DNA of 64,000 nt from the NCBI GenBank assembly GCA_944390455.1, contig CALXPU010000002.1, positions 12,179-76,178 of the forward strand. Direction: 5' to 3'. The notes beneath the pieces were generated by a model, which made no database searches, was not told the DNA's origin, and saw nothing but the letters and a program-made list of their open reading frames with translations. Source of the stretch: an uncultured Alphaproteobacteria bacterium. Its GTDB lineage: Bacteria > Pseudomonadota > Alphaproteobacteria > RF32 > CAG-239. The translations under genes were made by a program, and so were the position numbers. Below, one piece after another: positions 27,688 through 36,255 of this stretch (its first letter is position 1; each line of letters starts with the position of its first letter).

Positions 27688-27774
27688 TTATATTTTTATT
27701 TACTTATGACATATTTATGAAATAAGAATACCCCTTTGAGGAATTGTTTGGAGTAGAGTAATTCTTTCTTTTTA

Positions 27775-27814
27775 TATGGTTACGGGATATATCTATTCTG
27801 TAACCATATTTTTT
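27775..27814 (+). terminator. Rho-independent terminator
   Basis: tatggttac / gtaaccata 9 bp stem with a 16 nt loop, then T6. Confidence 0.6.
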
Positions 27815-27878
27815 AATGAGAAAATATACATTAAATAAGGGGGAATTTTTAGTTTGAGACAGAATGAAGGAAATTGTT

Positions 27879-27894
27879 ATTCCATCGATGGAAT
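27879..27894. promoter_or_regulatory. Perfect 16 bp palindrome (candidate operator)
   Basis: ATTCCATCGATGGAAT is self-complementary. It lies 34 nt upstream of the predicted -35. Confidence 0.3.
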
Positions 27895-27927
27895 TAGTGT
27901 TATGTTGATGAACTTAAAATATCTATA

Positions 27928-27956
27928 TTGACAAAAAAGTCAAAAAATGATATAAA
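27928..27956 (+). promoter_or_regulatory. Sigma70-like promoter
   Basis: TTGACA, 17 nt spacer, TATAAA. It ends 29 nt before the ATG at 27985. Confidence 0.5.
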
Positions 27957-27984
27957 TGAGCCGTAATTTAAAATTTTATATATT

Positions 27985-28626
27985 ATGATGAAAAATATTT
28001 TTGCTTTGCTTGTACAATTTGTGCAGGGGGGCAAGCAGTTAGAAAAAGAAAGTGAACAAGTTTCTACCAATGTTGCGGAAAAAATCGCACGAGTTCGTGA
28101 GCGAGTAGGTGAGTTTTTAAATGTCCCTGAAGGTTTAGAATTATCAGATTTTCATGCTCCTCGCGCTAATGTCGAGATGGGCAAGGCTGAAAAATTAATC
28201 TTAACCGCTAAGGAAGCGACAGATTGTTTTGCTCAGATACTTCAAGTGCCGGAGATTCCAGAGACGGAGGTTTCGCTGGTTTATCTGAAGCGAAAGTTCA
28301 AAGAAAACTCGTACTTTGTAAATCTTGATTATTGCTGGGTTTACAAGGAGTATTACATCTCTTTGAAAGATTGTTGTGAGTATGGCTTCTTTGATGCTCG
28401 TATGTATGAACAGCAGGCAGATAAAACTCTCTGTACTTCATTGGTTATTAAGCCGGAGTATTATCTGGATCTGGTGATTGATAAGGGAAAAATTAAACCT
28501 CGTTGCATTCGTTATTTCTTGTGGCATGAAAAGTACTATGAAAATAGTGAGGTGAAAACCTTTGCAGAAGATACCACGGTTGAAGAAGCTTTGAAGAGTT
28601 GCGAATATGTGAAGAAATTTGCATAA
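27985..28626 (+). CDS. Hypothetical protein (213 aa), ORFan
   Basis: ORF bracketed by a predicted promoter and terminator. No domain recognised. Confidence 0.55.
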   Translation: MMKNIFALLVQFVQGGKQLEKESEQVSTNVAEKIARVRERVGEFLNVPEGLELSDFHAPRANVEMGKAEKLILTAKEATDCFAQILQVPEIPETEVSLVYLKRKFKENSYFVNLDYCWVYKEYYISLKDCCEYGFFDARMYEQQADKTLCTSLVIKPEYYLDLVIDKGKIKPRCIRYFLWHEKYYENSEVKTFAEDTTVEEALKSCEYVKKFA

Positions 28627-28647
28627 TTCGTTTCCCTCTCTAAACTT

Positions 28648-28675
28648 AAAGCGGCAGTTAAAACTGTCGCTTTTT
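28648..28675 (+). terminator. Rho-independent terminator
   Basis: gcggcagt-taaa-actgtcgc hairpin plus T5. Confidence 0.7.
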
Positions 28676-28771
28676 GTTTTGGTATATGAGGGGGAGTGGA
28701 CTTTTATTTTACGCTTTATTTATCTTTTTGCGATAGGGTGGGTTTATTCTTAATAAGAAAGAGGTGACAAT

Positions 28772-29722
28772 ATGTTTAAGCCGAGACAACTTGATAAATT
28801 GGTGGCAGCTGGGATTATCACGCCAACGCAGAAATTGCAGATTTTAGATTTTGATAATGATGTCGGACATTCATGGGTTTATCGTATACTCATGACGTTG
28901 GGGATTTTTACGCTTGGTGTCGGGGTGATTTCTATTGTGGCGGCAAATTGGCAAGATATCGGTGATATGGTTAAATTAATCGTTATGCTACTGTTGTTGC
29001 TTTTTTCTGCATTGGGCGTGCTTTATTATTTGAAACAGAATAAAACAAAAGTTGCTGAAAAATGGGCGCTGAGTGAGTTTCTTTTTTCGGGGGCGGCGAT
29101 TGGCCTCATTATTCAAGTATTTCAACTCAGCGGCGGAAAAATCTATGCTCCGTTGGGTGTTTGGGCGCTGATGACCTCTTCTTTGTTATTTTTGCCAAAG
29201 CAAAAGTTGATTTCTTATTTCTGGATGCCGCTATTTTTGACTTGGGCGGTTATGTGGATTGGTGATATATGGTGGGATATATTTGAATCTTTTGATTGTG
29301 TCTTACTCTTTTTTGCCGGATTGGTGGCCTTGGGGAAATTTTTAGATTGGAGAAAGCCTAACTTTTCCGTGGGAGATGTGCTTTTTCGGGAAGCACTAAT
29401 TTGTTTGTATTTGTGCTTGGCTTTTTATATTATTGCAGCAGGGTTTGATTCTCACGAAGGATTAATGGTTCTCTTTAAGTCATTTTTGTATGTTGGCGTA
29501 TTTGCGGTATGTTTTGTTAAATTTAAACAATATAGAATTGTGCGTTCTTTTGTTAAGTTAGCAGGGGTGGCTATTGTTATGTTGTATATCAACTTTGGGG
29601 AGCGTTTCGGTTTGTTTGAAACGGGTATTGGATTAATGATAAGCGGAGCTCTTCTTATTGCAGCTCTTATCTGTTTGCCTAAATTTATACGCCGTGTCTT
29701 GAAGGAGAAAATTCATGCTTAA
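28772..29722 (+). CDS. Polytopic membrane protein, DUF2157/DUF4401-like
   Basis: About 9 hydrophobic helices. It is translationally coupled to a GDYXXLXY-type gene, the usual partner of DUF2157/DUF4401 proteins. Confidence 0.5.
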   Translation: MFKPRQLDKLVAAGIITPTQKLQILDFDNDVGHSWVYRILMTLGIFTLGVGVISIVAANWQDIGDMVKLIVMLLLLLFSALGVLYYLKQNKTKVAEKWALSEFLFSGAAIGLIIQVFQLSGGKIYAPLGVWALMTSSLLFLPKQKLISYFWMPLFLTWAVMWIGDIWWDIFESFDCVLLFFAGLVALGKFLDWRKPNFSVGDVLFREALICLYLCLAFYIIAAGFDSHEGLMVLFKSFLYVGVFAVCFVKFKQYRIVRSFVKLAGVAIVMLYINFGERFGLFETGIGLMISGALLIAALICLPKFIRRVLKEKIHA

Positions 29723-30122
29723 AAATTTGCGGAATTATGTTGCGGTATTTGCGCCTGTTGTTTTATTTGTGGCATTTTGCGGTTATTTTTTTATACAAAT
29801 AGCTTTGGGGACGGAAGTTAAAGTGCGTATTCAGGGATTTGATCCCAGAGATTTGTTGGCGGGGCATTATATTCGCTATTCTATTGATTGGAATAATACT
29901 GATTGTACGCAGTTTCCGAATAAAATCTGTCCGCAGAAGGATTTTGAACAAAGTTATAAATTTTATGTTTCTCAGGAGATGGCTCTTGTTTTAGAGAGAG
30001 AAATTCGTGATACTCAAAATCAGGCGGAGATTGTTTTTTCGTATCAAAAAGGAAAGAACCCGTTTGCTCTTCAGTTGCTGATTAACGGGAAAAGTTTTAA
30101 AGGCAAAAATGCACGCTTTTAA
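29715..30122 (+). CDS. GDYXXLXY-domain protein
   Basis: An N-terminal TM followed by GFDPRDLLAGHYIRYSI matches the DPRDL..GDY..L.Y core with D->H and L->Y substitutions. Confidence 0.55.
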   Translation: MLKNLRNYVAVFAPVVLFVAFCGYFFIQIALGTEVKVRIQGFDPRDLLAGHYIRYSIDWNNTDCTQFPNKICPQKDFEQSYKFYVSQEMALVLEREIRDTQNQAEIVFSYQKGKNPFALQLLINGKSFKGKNARF

Positions 30123-30146
30123 TGTGATTTGAGGTCAGAGCTTTTT

Positions 30147-31358
30147 ATGTTAAAATCGTCAAATGCAATTATTTTATTTCTGACAGCGCAGACCATTTCT
30201 TTATTAGGTTCGTTGGTTGTTCAGTTTGCTATTGTATGGTATGTCACCTTGGTTACAGAATCGGCGACAATGTTGGCGGTTTCCGCAATATCTGGATTTT
30301 TACCTCAACTCGCCGTATCTATGCTTGCTGGTGTGTGGATTGATAAATATGACCGCAAAAAAGTTATTATCGTGGCGGATGTTTTTACAGCTCTGTTAAC
30401 GACGGTTTTGGCGATTTTATTTTATTTTCAAAAAGAAACAATGCCGATTATTTTTGCGGTTTTGGCGCTTCGGGCATTGGCTACCGGTGTGCAGATGCCG
30501 GCGGTTAACGCTCTTATTCCTCAGATTGTGAAAAAGGAGAATTTGATGCGCATTAATGGTATTAACAGTGCGTTGAATTCGGGGATGATGTTGATTGCGC
30601 CATTATTGGGGGGCTTATTGCTGAATTATGTTTCTTTTGCGTTGTTGCTCTTTTCGGATATTATTACTGCGATTATCGGTGTTTCTTTTTTGATGATGAT
30701 TAAGATTACGCCTTTGATTCAAACTGAGCAGGGGCATTTTCAGATTAAACAATGGTGGCGAAACACCTCTGTGTCTGTTCGGCAAGGATGGGCGTATCTT
30801 AGGGAAAATCCTTTAATTAAGAGAGTGCTTCTTTTTCAGTTTGTTATTTTATTTTTGATTAGTCCATCTGCTTTTTTAAATCCATTGTTGGTTAGTAAAA
30901 CTTTTGGCGGAGATATTAATTTGCTTAGCTATGCTGAGGCAGTTTATAGTTTGGGAATGGTTGTTGGTGGTGCGATTGTTGTGAGTTTGAATCGGGTTCA
31001 TTATAAGTTGCGTATTATGTTTTTTGCGGCGGCTTTGTATGGCGGATGTATGATTGCTTTAGGTTGTGCAGAGGTGTTTAGTTTTTATCTGATGGTTAAT
31101 TTTATGGCGGGCGTGGTTGTACCTTGTTATAACGCGCCGGTTACAACGCTTATTCAAGAGAGAGTTGCGTTATTGTATCAGGGAAGAATTTTCGGCTTTT
31201 TGCAATTTGTTACGGCAGCGGCACTCCCTCTGGGAATTGCGATTTTCAGTCATCCGGCAAATCTTTATGGTGTCGATGTTTTATTCGTCATCAATGGACT
31301 TTTGTGCGGATTAAGTTCATTGATTGTGTGGCTTTTATTTTTTAGAAAGCAGTATTGA
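30147..31358 (+). CDS. MFS transporter (MFS_3 / EntS-like)
   Basis: About 12 TM. GVWIDKYDRKKV resembles the loop 2-3 MFS signature. The ATG at 30147 is preferred over the TTG at 30129. Confidence 0.8.
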   Translation: MLKSSNAIILFLTAQTISLLGSLVVQFAIVWYVTLVTESATMLAVSAISGFLPQLAVSMLAGVWIDKYDRKKVIIVADVFTALLTTVLAILFYFQKETMPIIFAVLALRALATGVQMPAVNALIPQIVKKENLMRINGINSALNSGMMLIAPLLGGLLLNYVSFALLLFSDIITAIIGVSFLMMIKITPLIQTEQGHFQIKQWWRNTSVSVRQGWAYLRENPLIKRVLLFQFVILFLISPSAFLNPLLVSKTFGGDINLLSYAEAVYSLGMVVGGAIVVSLNRVHYKLRIMFFAAALYGGCMIALGCAEVFSFYLMVNFMAGVVVPCYNAPVTTLIQERVALLYQGRIFGFLQFVTAAALPLGIAIFSHPANLYGVDVLFVINGLLCGLSSLIVWLLFFRKQY

Positions 31359-31970
31359 TTTTATTTCAGATAAAATGGTGGTGCGATTGAATACGATACC
31401 ATGTATTCCAAGCTCATGGGCGGCAGTTACATTTTTTGCTTTATCATCTATAAATAAAAGATGCGAGTAGGGGACGTTTAACGTGTTTTTTACGGCTTCA
31501 TATATTCGGTAATCCGGTTTTAGTAGTCCTAATTTGTATGAGGTAAAAGTATGTTCAGGTGCGGTAATTCCTTTTCCGGTATCGCTTAATATTGGTAGGG
31601 CGTTTGATAATAGACAGATGGTAATGTTATGCTGTTTTAAAAATGTTATTGCTTCTTGTGTTTCGGTAAAGCGTTCTCCGCAGCCTTGGTGTAATGCTTC
31701 GTTTAGGGAAGAAGCAATGTCCGGTGTGTATACCACATGGCAAAAACGACATAAATCTTTGATAAACTCTTCGGTGGTGAGTTCGCCTTTCATGTATGGG
31801 TTGTAGTTATAATGTAATGGATTGGCGCTGTTTTGATATAGTTCTAAGGTGGTTGTTTGGGATTGTAAAAGTGATACTAAAGGATTTAGAGAAAAAGGAT
31901 AAATAACTTGCCCAATATCAAAAATCGCGTATTGAATTTGAGATGTTTTTTTATTGGGCAAGTTATTCAT
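31335..31970 (-). CDS. HAD-IA hydrolase, YihX-like
   Basis: Motif I AIFDIGQVI (compare YihX FDLGNV), motif II LLSNA, LKPD, motif IV FIDDKAKNV. Confidence 0.72.
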   Translation of the reverse strand: MNNLPNKKTSQIQYAIFDIGQVIYPFSLNPLVSLLQSQTTTLELYQNSANPLHYNYNPYMKGELTTEEFIKDLCRFCHVVYTPDIASSLNEALHQGCGERFTETQEAITFLKQHNITICLLSNALPILSDTGKGITAPEHTFTSYKLGLLKPDYRIYEAVKNTLNVPYSHLLFIDDKAKNVTAAHELGIHGIVFNRTTILSEIKSILLSKK

Positions 31971-32029
31971 TTGGGTATCCTTTCTTTTTCTTTATACTTT
32001 AGCATAAAAAATGCTGAGTAAAAAGTCTA

Positions 32030-32551
32030 TTAAAAAAAGATACTGAAACTGTGTAGTAATTTGAGATATAAATTCTCTTTAGGCGCTAGGATTATAGGTG
32101 GTGTTTGCAAAGGGATAATATGATTTTTATCCCTATTTTGTGAATATTGTTTCAAAAAATCATCTACACTTAATCCTGTTAGTGCTTTTAGATTTTCAGC
32201 GCCTTCTTGTGCTGTGTCACTGGCATGTATCAAGAAACCTCCGCGGTACCAACTTCTATATTTGTATTTCAGTTCGGCAGTGTTTGTATTGATGCCGTTT
32301 TGGTAGTGCGGGTGCTTATCTATAACAACAATGGCTAAAAAATTATCATTGCCGCAGTGTTTTTCTTTTTTGCAACATTGGAATAGTTTTTTGCCATAGA
32401 AACGTGACAGGCGAGAGGCAAAACTTTGTTTTTCCCATTTGCAGTTAAATATTTGTTTTATTTCAAAGTGTTTTTTTATGTCTTCAATAATGGGTTCTTG
32501 TAAATAGAGCCCCTTGCTCCATATAATAAAAAGATGCAATTCTTTGTGCAT
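32030..32551 (-). CDS. Hypothetical protein (173 aa); possible NDK-like fold
   Basis: By eye, LFIIWSKG...IIEDIKKHFEIK...FLAIVVID...LIHASDTAQEGAENLKAL is co-linear with NDK (FIMIKPDG...ISRFEKKGF...VVAMVWEG...IHGSDS.ESA.REI). Weak. Confidence 0.45.
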   Translation of the reverse strand: MHKELHLFIIWSKGLYLQEPIIEDIKKHFEIKQIFNCKWEKQSFASRLSRFYGKKLFQCCKKEKHCGNDNFLAIVVIDKHPHYQNGINTNTAELKYKYRSWYRGGFLIHASDTAQEGAENLKALTGLSVDDFLKQYSQNRDKNHIIPLQTPPIILAPKENLYLKLLHSFSIFF

Positions 32552-32610
32552 GGTCGTCCTCTTTGGTTTAGTTCTTATAAAAGATATTTAGCCCATTAAT
32601 ATGGGGAAAA

Positions 32611-32925
32611 CTAAACTCTGGGAGGTTGTTCGCCATTAGACGGAATAAAGTTATAGAAGAAAGATTTGTTTTCTAAGATGGCTATCTTGTGCTCTAAAAT
32701 ACGTTTTTCTTCATAAGCTTGAGGAAAAAATGGTAAGAAAAATTTTTCTACAGTTGTATATTGAAAGCCGTTATCGTCTAATCCATCATATTCATTATCT
32801 GCATGAGGATTGTCTGTTGAGAAAATTTGTTTGCCGTTTTCTAAGCACAATTCATTTGCATCCAAAATATCAAAGATGGATGTGGTAAAGGTGATTATCA
32901 TTAAAATTGCAATAAATTTTCTCAT
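32611..32925 (-). CDS. Small secreted hypothetical protein (104 aa)
   Basis: N-terminal signal-like MRKFIAILMIITFTTSIF. No domain recognised. Confidence 0.5.
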   Translation of the reverse strand: MRKFIAILMIITFTTSIFDILDANELCLENGKQIFSTDNPHADNEYDGLDDNGFQYTTVEKFFLPFFPQAYEEKRILEHKIAILENKSFFYNFIPSNGEQPPRV

Positions 32926-32986
32926 GGCATATATTTTTATATGCTTTTTCTCTTATTTTCAATAATTTTGTTTGGAGTTTTTGAAA

Positions 32987-33017
32987 TAAAAAAATGCCGC
33001 GGTGTTATTTGCGGCAT
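32987..33017 (-). terminator. Rho-independent terminator ending the 511 aa + 145 aa bicistron
   Basis: On the minus strand, an atgccgc-(10 nt)-gcggcat hairpin followed by T7. Confidence 0.7.
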
Positions 33018-33035
33018 TTGTAGAGTAGAGTTTAA

Positions 33036-33473
33036 TCACATCTCGTTCAGATTGATGATTAATCTGATGTAACTTGAACGATGGTTTTGTAGATAGTTTT
33101 GCAATGTTTGCTCTTCATCATCGCGAAAATAGTCAATGCGGGAGGTGTAATAGCCTCTGCTTGAACGTTCATTTTGTTTTAACGCGTTGAAAGTTGAGGT
33201 TACTTCTTGGAAAACTTCTCTCAGTTTTGCGTAATCTTCTGGCTCTGGAAAATGGACAGGCAAGCCGGTTAAGTTGATAACGGTTTTGAGAAATACTTCC
33301 GGTGAACAGCGGTCTGTCGGAATTTTGACCAACATCCAAGCTTTTTGTTCTATGCAAATACCGAGTTTGGTATCTTCTGCCGACAATGTGTCTTTTTGTA
33401 CAAAATTACCTTTTGGGGTTCTTACCAAAATTTTTAACGGAAACTGGGCTTCGTTCGTCTTGTTTTGTTCCAT
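33036..33473 (-). CDS. Hypothetical protein (145 aa), ORFan
   Basis: ORF downstream of the 511 aa gene and followed by a terminator. No domain recognised. Confidence 0.55.
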   Translation of the reverse strand: MEQNKTNEAQFPLKILVRTPKGNFVQKDTLSAEDTKLGICIEQKAWMLVKIPTDRCSPEVFLKTVINLTGLPVHFPEPEDYAKLREVFQEVTSTFNALKQNERSSRGYYTSRIDYFRDDEEQTLQNYLQNHRSSYIRLIINLNEM

Positions 33474-33586
33474 AATAGTTAGTTTTTAGAGTTCATAAAA
33501 ATAGTTAATTCTCGTTATTGATATGTTTTTTTGAAATTTAAGTCAATAAAAAAATATTAGCATTTTTATGAAGACAGAACGTATTT

Positions 33587-35122
33587 TTAACGTTCATTTT
33601 GGGCAAAAGTACTTAAAAGTGTTGCCGTGTCCATCATTCTGCGCTTTTTTTGGATATCTTTGATGATATCTTGGTATTTTACGGCAGTTTGGCTAATGCG
33701 GGTAAAATCTTTTAAATCTGCCGGTGTTAACGTGTTCCATGCTTTTTGAATGTGGTCTTTAGCGTTTTTGCCCAGTTCATCAAAGCTTTCAGGTAATATC
33801 CCAATCATTTTTAGATAAAAAGATTTATTGGCATATTCATTGGGGGCAGTGGTAAAAGCCGTGGCTCCGTCAAAGGGATCATAGCTCTCTACAATGTAAT
33901 TTTTTTTGATAGTATCGATGGAGTGCTGATACTTGTCATTATCGTAATCCGGTATACGGTGTAGTCCACGCGCATTGTCATCTAGCCATTGAATTTTGCG
34001 CATTAAATACATATTGCTTTGGTGGACAGCGTTGCGGTGTATTTGCAAGCACAATTCTTTTTTCTCATCTCGTTGTTTTTTTAGTTGTTGTAGTTTTTGC
34101 CGATTTGTCGGGTTCTTGGTTTTGTTTTTTTGTTCAGCGTCTTTTAGTGCTTGGTATTTGGCTTCTAAAATGCGGTACTCCTCATACGCTGCATGTGAGC
34201 GAATGTGTGCGAAGAACATTAGTGTTTGTTTGAATTGAAATTCTATATAGAAACTTTTTCCGGTTTGCGGAATGGTGATTTTTGCAAGCTTTTTTATATC
34301 AAAGTAGTTGCGGGAATTCTCACTTAAATTCTTTTTATAGAGGTTACGTTCCCCTTTTTCAAAAGATATGTAGCTTGGAAATTTCTTTTCTAAATCTTTG
34401 ATTATTTCTTCTAGGTCATTTGGGTATTTAGAGGTAATGGATAGTCTATAGATGTCGTGTGGCAGAATGTCCTTTTTAGCGATGTTTAATAAAGCATGAG
34501 AAGAATTTTGCTCATCAAACAGGTCATTTAATTGGTTGGCGGTTGGGCATGGGGCTTGCGATGCTTTGTTATTTACTATCGGAAAAGGTAACTCCGGCTC
34601 TTCTTCGGGATTGAAATCTGATTCTGCTGAGAATTTACTTAGGTTTTGTTCTCTTTCTGCATTATATTCTCGGCGACATTCTGAAATCATTTTTTCTGCG
34701 GTTCTGGTTTCACTCTTAATCGGTGGACATATTACGAAAACGTCATTACATTCGTGATTTATGTAATGAAGCATAGAAGTTGAACAGGGAGCTAAAACTT
34801 CTGTTGAATAACTAATCGGACGACCATTTTTATCGGTTTCTATGCCTCCGTCTTTAAGATTTATATTGTAAATAAATTCAGGAAAACCAGGGTTGTTCGG
34901 TGTGGAAAAGCCAGATACGATTGCTTCATATATTAAGCGATATTTTTCCATTGTATCAGTATAATATTCTTTGAGTTGTTCAAACTCTCGAGGACTTAAA
35001 AATGATAGTTCTTCTTTTTTTTCTTCCAAAAAATTTTGCGCGTCTATATCGTTATTTTTTTGTACAATATCTATTCCGCCAGAATCCAAATTTACTAATT
35101 GGTCTAGGGTATATGTTTTCAT
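33587..35122 (-). CDS. Hypothetical protein (511 aa); possible RelA/SpoT-like nucleotidyltransferase core
   Basis: By eye, DIYRLSIT...NYFDIKKLAKITIPQTGKSFYIEFQFKQTLMFFAHIRSHAAYEEYR resembles the RSH synthetase pattern D..G.R.I ... GY.S.H.....vEIQIRT..m..WA..eH...YK. Weak. Confidence 0.6.
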   Translation of the reverse strand: MKTYTLDQLVNLDSGGIDIVQKNNDIDAQNFLEEKKEELSFLSPREFEQLKEYYTDTMEKYRLIYEAIVSGFSTPNNPGFPEFIYNINLKDGGIETDKNGRPISYSTEVLAPCSTSMLHYINHECNDVFVICPPIKSETRTAEKMISECRREYNAEREQNLSKFSAESDFNPEEEPELPFPIVNNKASQAPCPTANQLNDLFDEQNSSHALLNIAKKDILPHDIYRLSITSKYPNDLEEIIKDLEKKFPSYISFEKGERNLYKKNLSENSRNYFDIKKLAKITIPQTGKSFYIEFQFKQTLMFFAHIRSHAAYEEYRILEAKYQALKDAEQKNKTKNPTNRQKLQQLKKQRDEKKELCLQIHRNAVHQSNMYLMRKIQWLDDNARGLHRIPDYDNDKYQHSIDTIKKNYIVESYDPFDGATAFTTAPNEYANKSFYLKMIGILPESFDELGKNAKDHIQKAWNTLTPADLKDFTRISQTAVKYQDIIKDIQKKRRMMDTATLLSTFAQNER

Positions 35123-35276
35123 TTTTTAGTCTCCCGAATTTTATATAGTTAGTTGAAACGATTTTAATACTATTTTCTTTATTAGGCAATGTATTTTTAT
35201 AAAAAAAGTTTTTCTTGACAAAAAAAGTGACAAAGATTATTTTCTTTTTGTTTTTTAGTTTTTTTAGGAGGTCGTT

Positions 35277-35813
35277 ATGCATCCATGGCATCAGGTTAAA
35301 CATTATTCGCAGTTTCCGAATATTATTCCGGCTATCATTGAGGTTCCGAAAGGTTCGCAAGTTAAGTACGAATTGGATAAAGAGAGTGGATTGGTTAAAG
35401 TTGATCGTATTCTTTATTCTTCTGTGCACTATCCGGCAAATTATGGTTTTATTCCTCAGACATACTGTGAAGATAATGACCCTCTGGATATTTTGGTTTT
35501 GGGACAAGAGGCGATTGTTCCTCTTTCAATTATGCGTGCCAGACCTATTGGGGTTATGAAAATGATTGACTGCGGTGAGGCTGATGATAAAATTATCGCT
35601 ATTCACGAAGATGATCCCGAATATAATGTCTTTACGGATATTGCTCAACTTCCTCCGCATATTTTGAAAATGTTGCAACGCTTTTTTGAAGACTATAAAG
35701 TTTTAGAGAAAAAACAGGTTACCATAGAGAAATTTTTAGGTCCTGATGAAGCTAAAAAATTAATTGAAGAAGCGCGCGATGCGTATGAAGAAAAATTTGG
35801 CGGTAAATTCTAG
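35277..35813 (+). CDS. ppa: Inorganic pyrophosphatase (family I)
   Basis: [32 protein letters not shown]-like [15 protein letters not shown]. Confidence 0.95.
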   Translation: MHPWHQVKHYSQFPNIIPAIIEVPKGSQVKYELDKESGLVKVDRILYSSVHYPANYGFIPQTYCEDNDPLDILVLGQEAIVPLSIMRARPIGVMKMIDCGEADDKIIAIHEDDPEYNVFTDIAQLPPHILKMLQRFFEDYKVLEKKQVTIEKFLGPDEAKKLIEEARDAYEEKFGGKF

Positions 35814-35825
35814 ATATTACTTTTG

Positions 35826-35860
35826 AAAAATCCCCGTTCTAGCAGGACGGGGATTTTTTT
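35826..35860. terminator. Bidirectional rho-independent terminator
   Basis: A5, then a tccccgt-(9 nt)-acgggga hairpin, then T7. Confidence 0.8.
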
Positions 35861-35861
35861 G

Positions 35862-36227
35862 TTATTGTTTATCTTTCTGAATTATAGCGGCCACATCATG
35901 CATACGTGCGATGAAGGTGTCTGTATCCTTAAAATATCGACTCTTTAGGTCGTTATTTTGGTGGACTTCTTTAATACCGGGGGCGCTATTGTACATGCCT
36001 AAGTATAGAAAACCTAATACGCCGGCAATGATTAACCAAAAAAGTCTTTTTCCCAATACAAAAAAGAAAAGTGCGAAAAAGGTACAGATACCAATGGTGA
36101 AGTATGAAGAATAAACAGCTCCGCCTACGGAACGTGTTAATTCTAAGTCTTCAGCAAAGAATAAGCCGACAACGCCAAGGGCCAGAAACTTTAAGATAAA
36201 AATACCGATTGTCAGTAAAATAAACAT
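35862..36227 (-). CDS. Small membrane protein (121 aa, about 3 TM)
   Basis: Hydrophobic helices. No family recognised. Confidence 0.5.
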   Translation of the reverse strand: MFILLTIGIFILKFLALGVVGLFFAEDLELTRSVGGAVYSSYFTIGICTFFALFFFVLGKRLFWLIIAGVLGFLYLGMYNSAPGIKEVHQNNDLKSRYFKDTDTFIARMHDVAAIIQKDKQ

Positions 36228-36255
36228 TGGTTATCCTTTGTTTGAGTTGTTTTAT

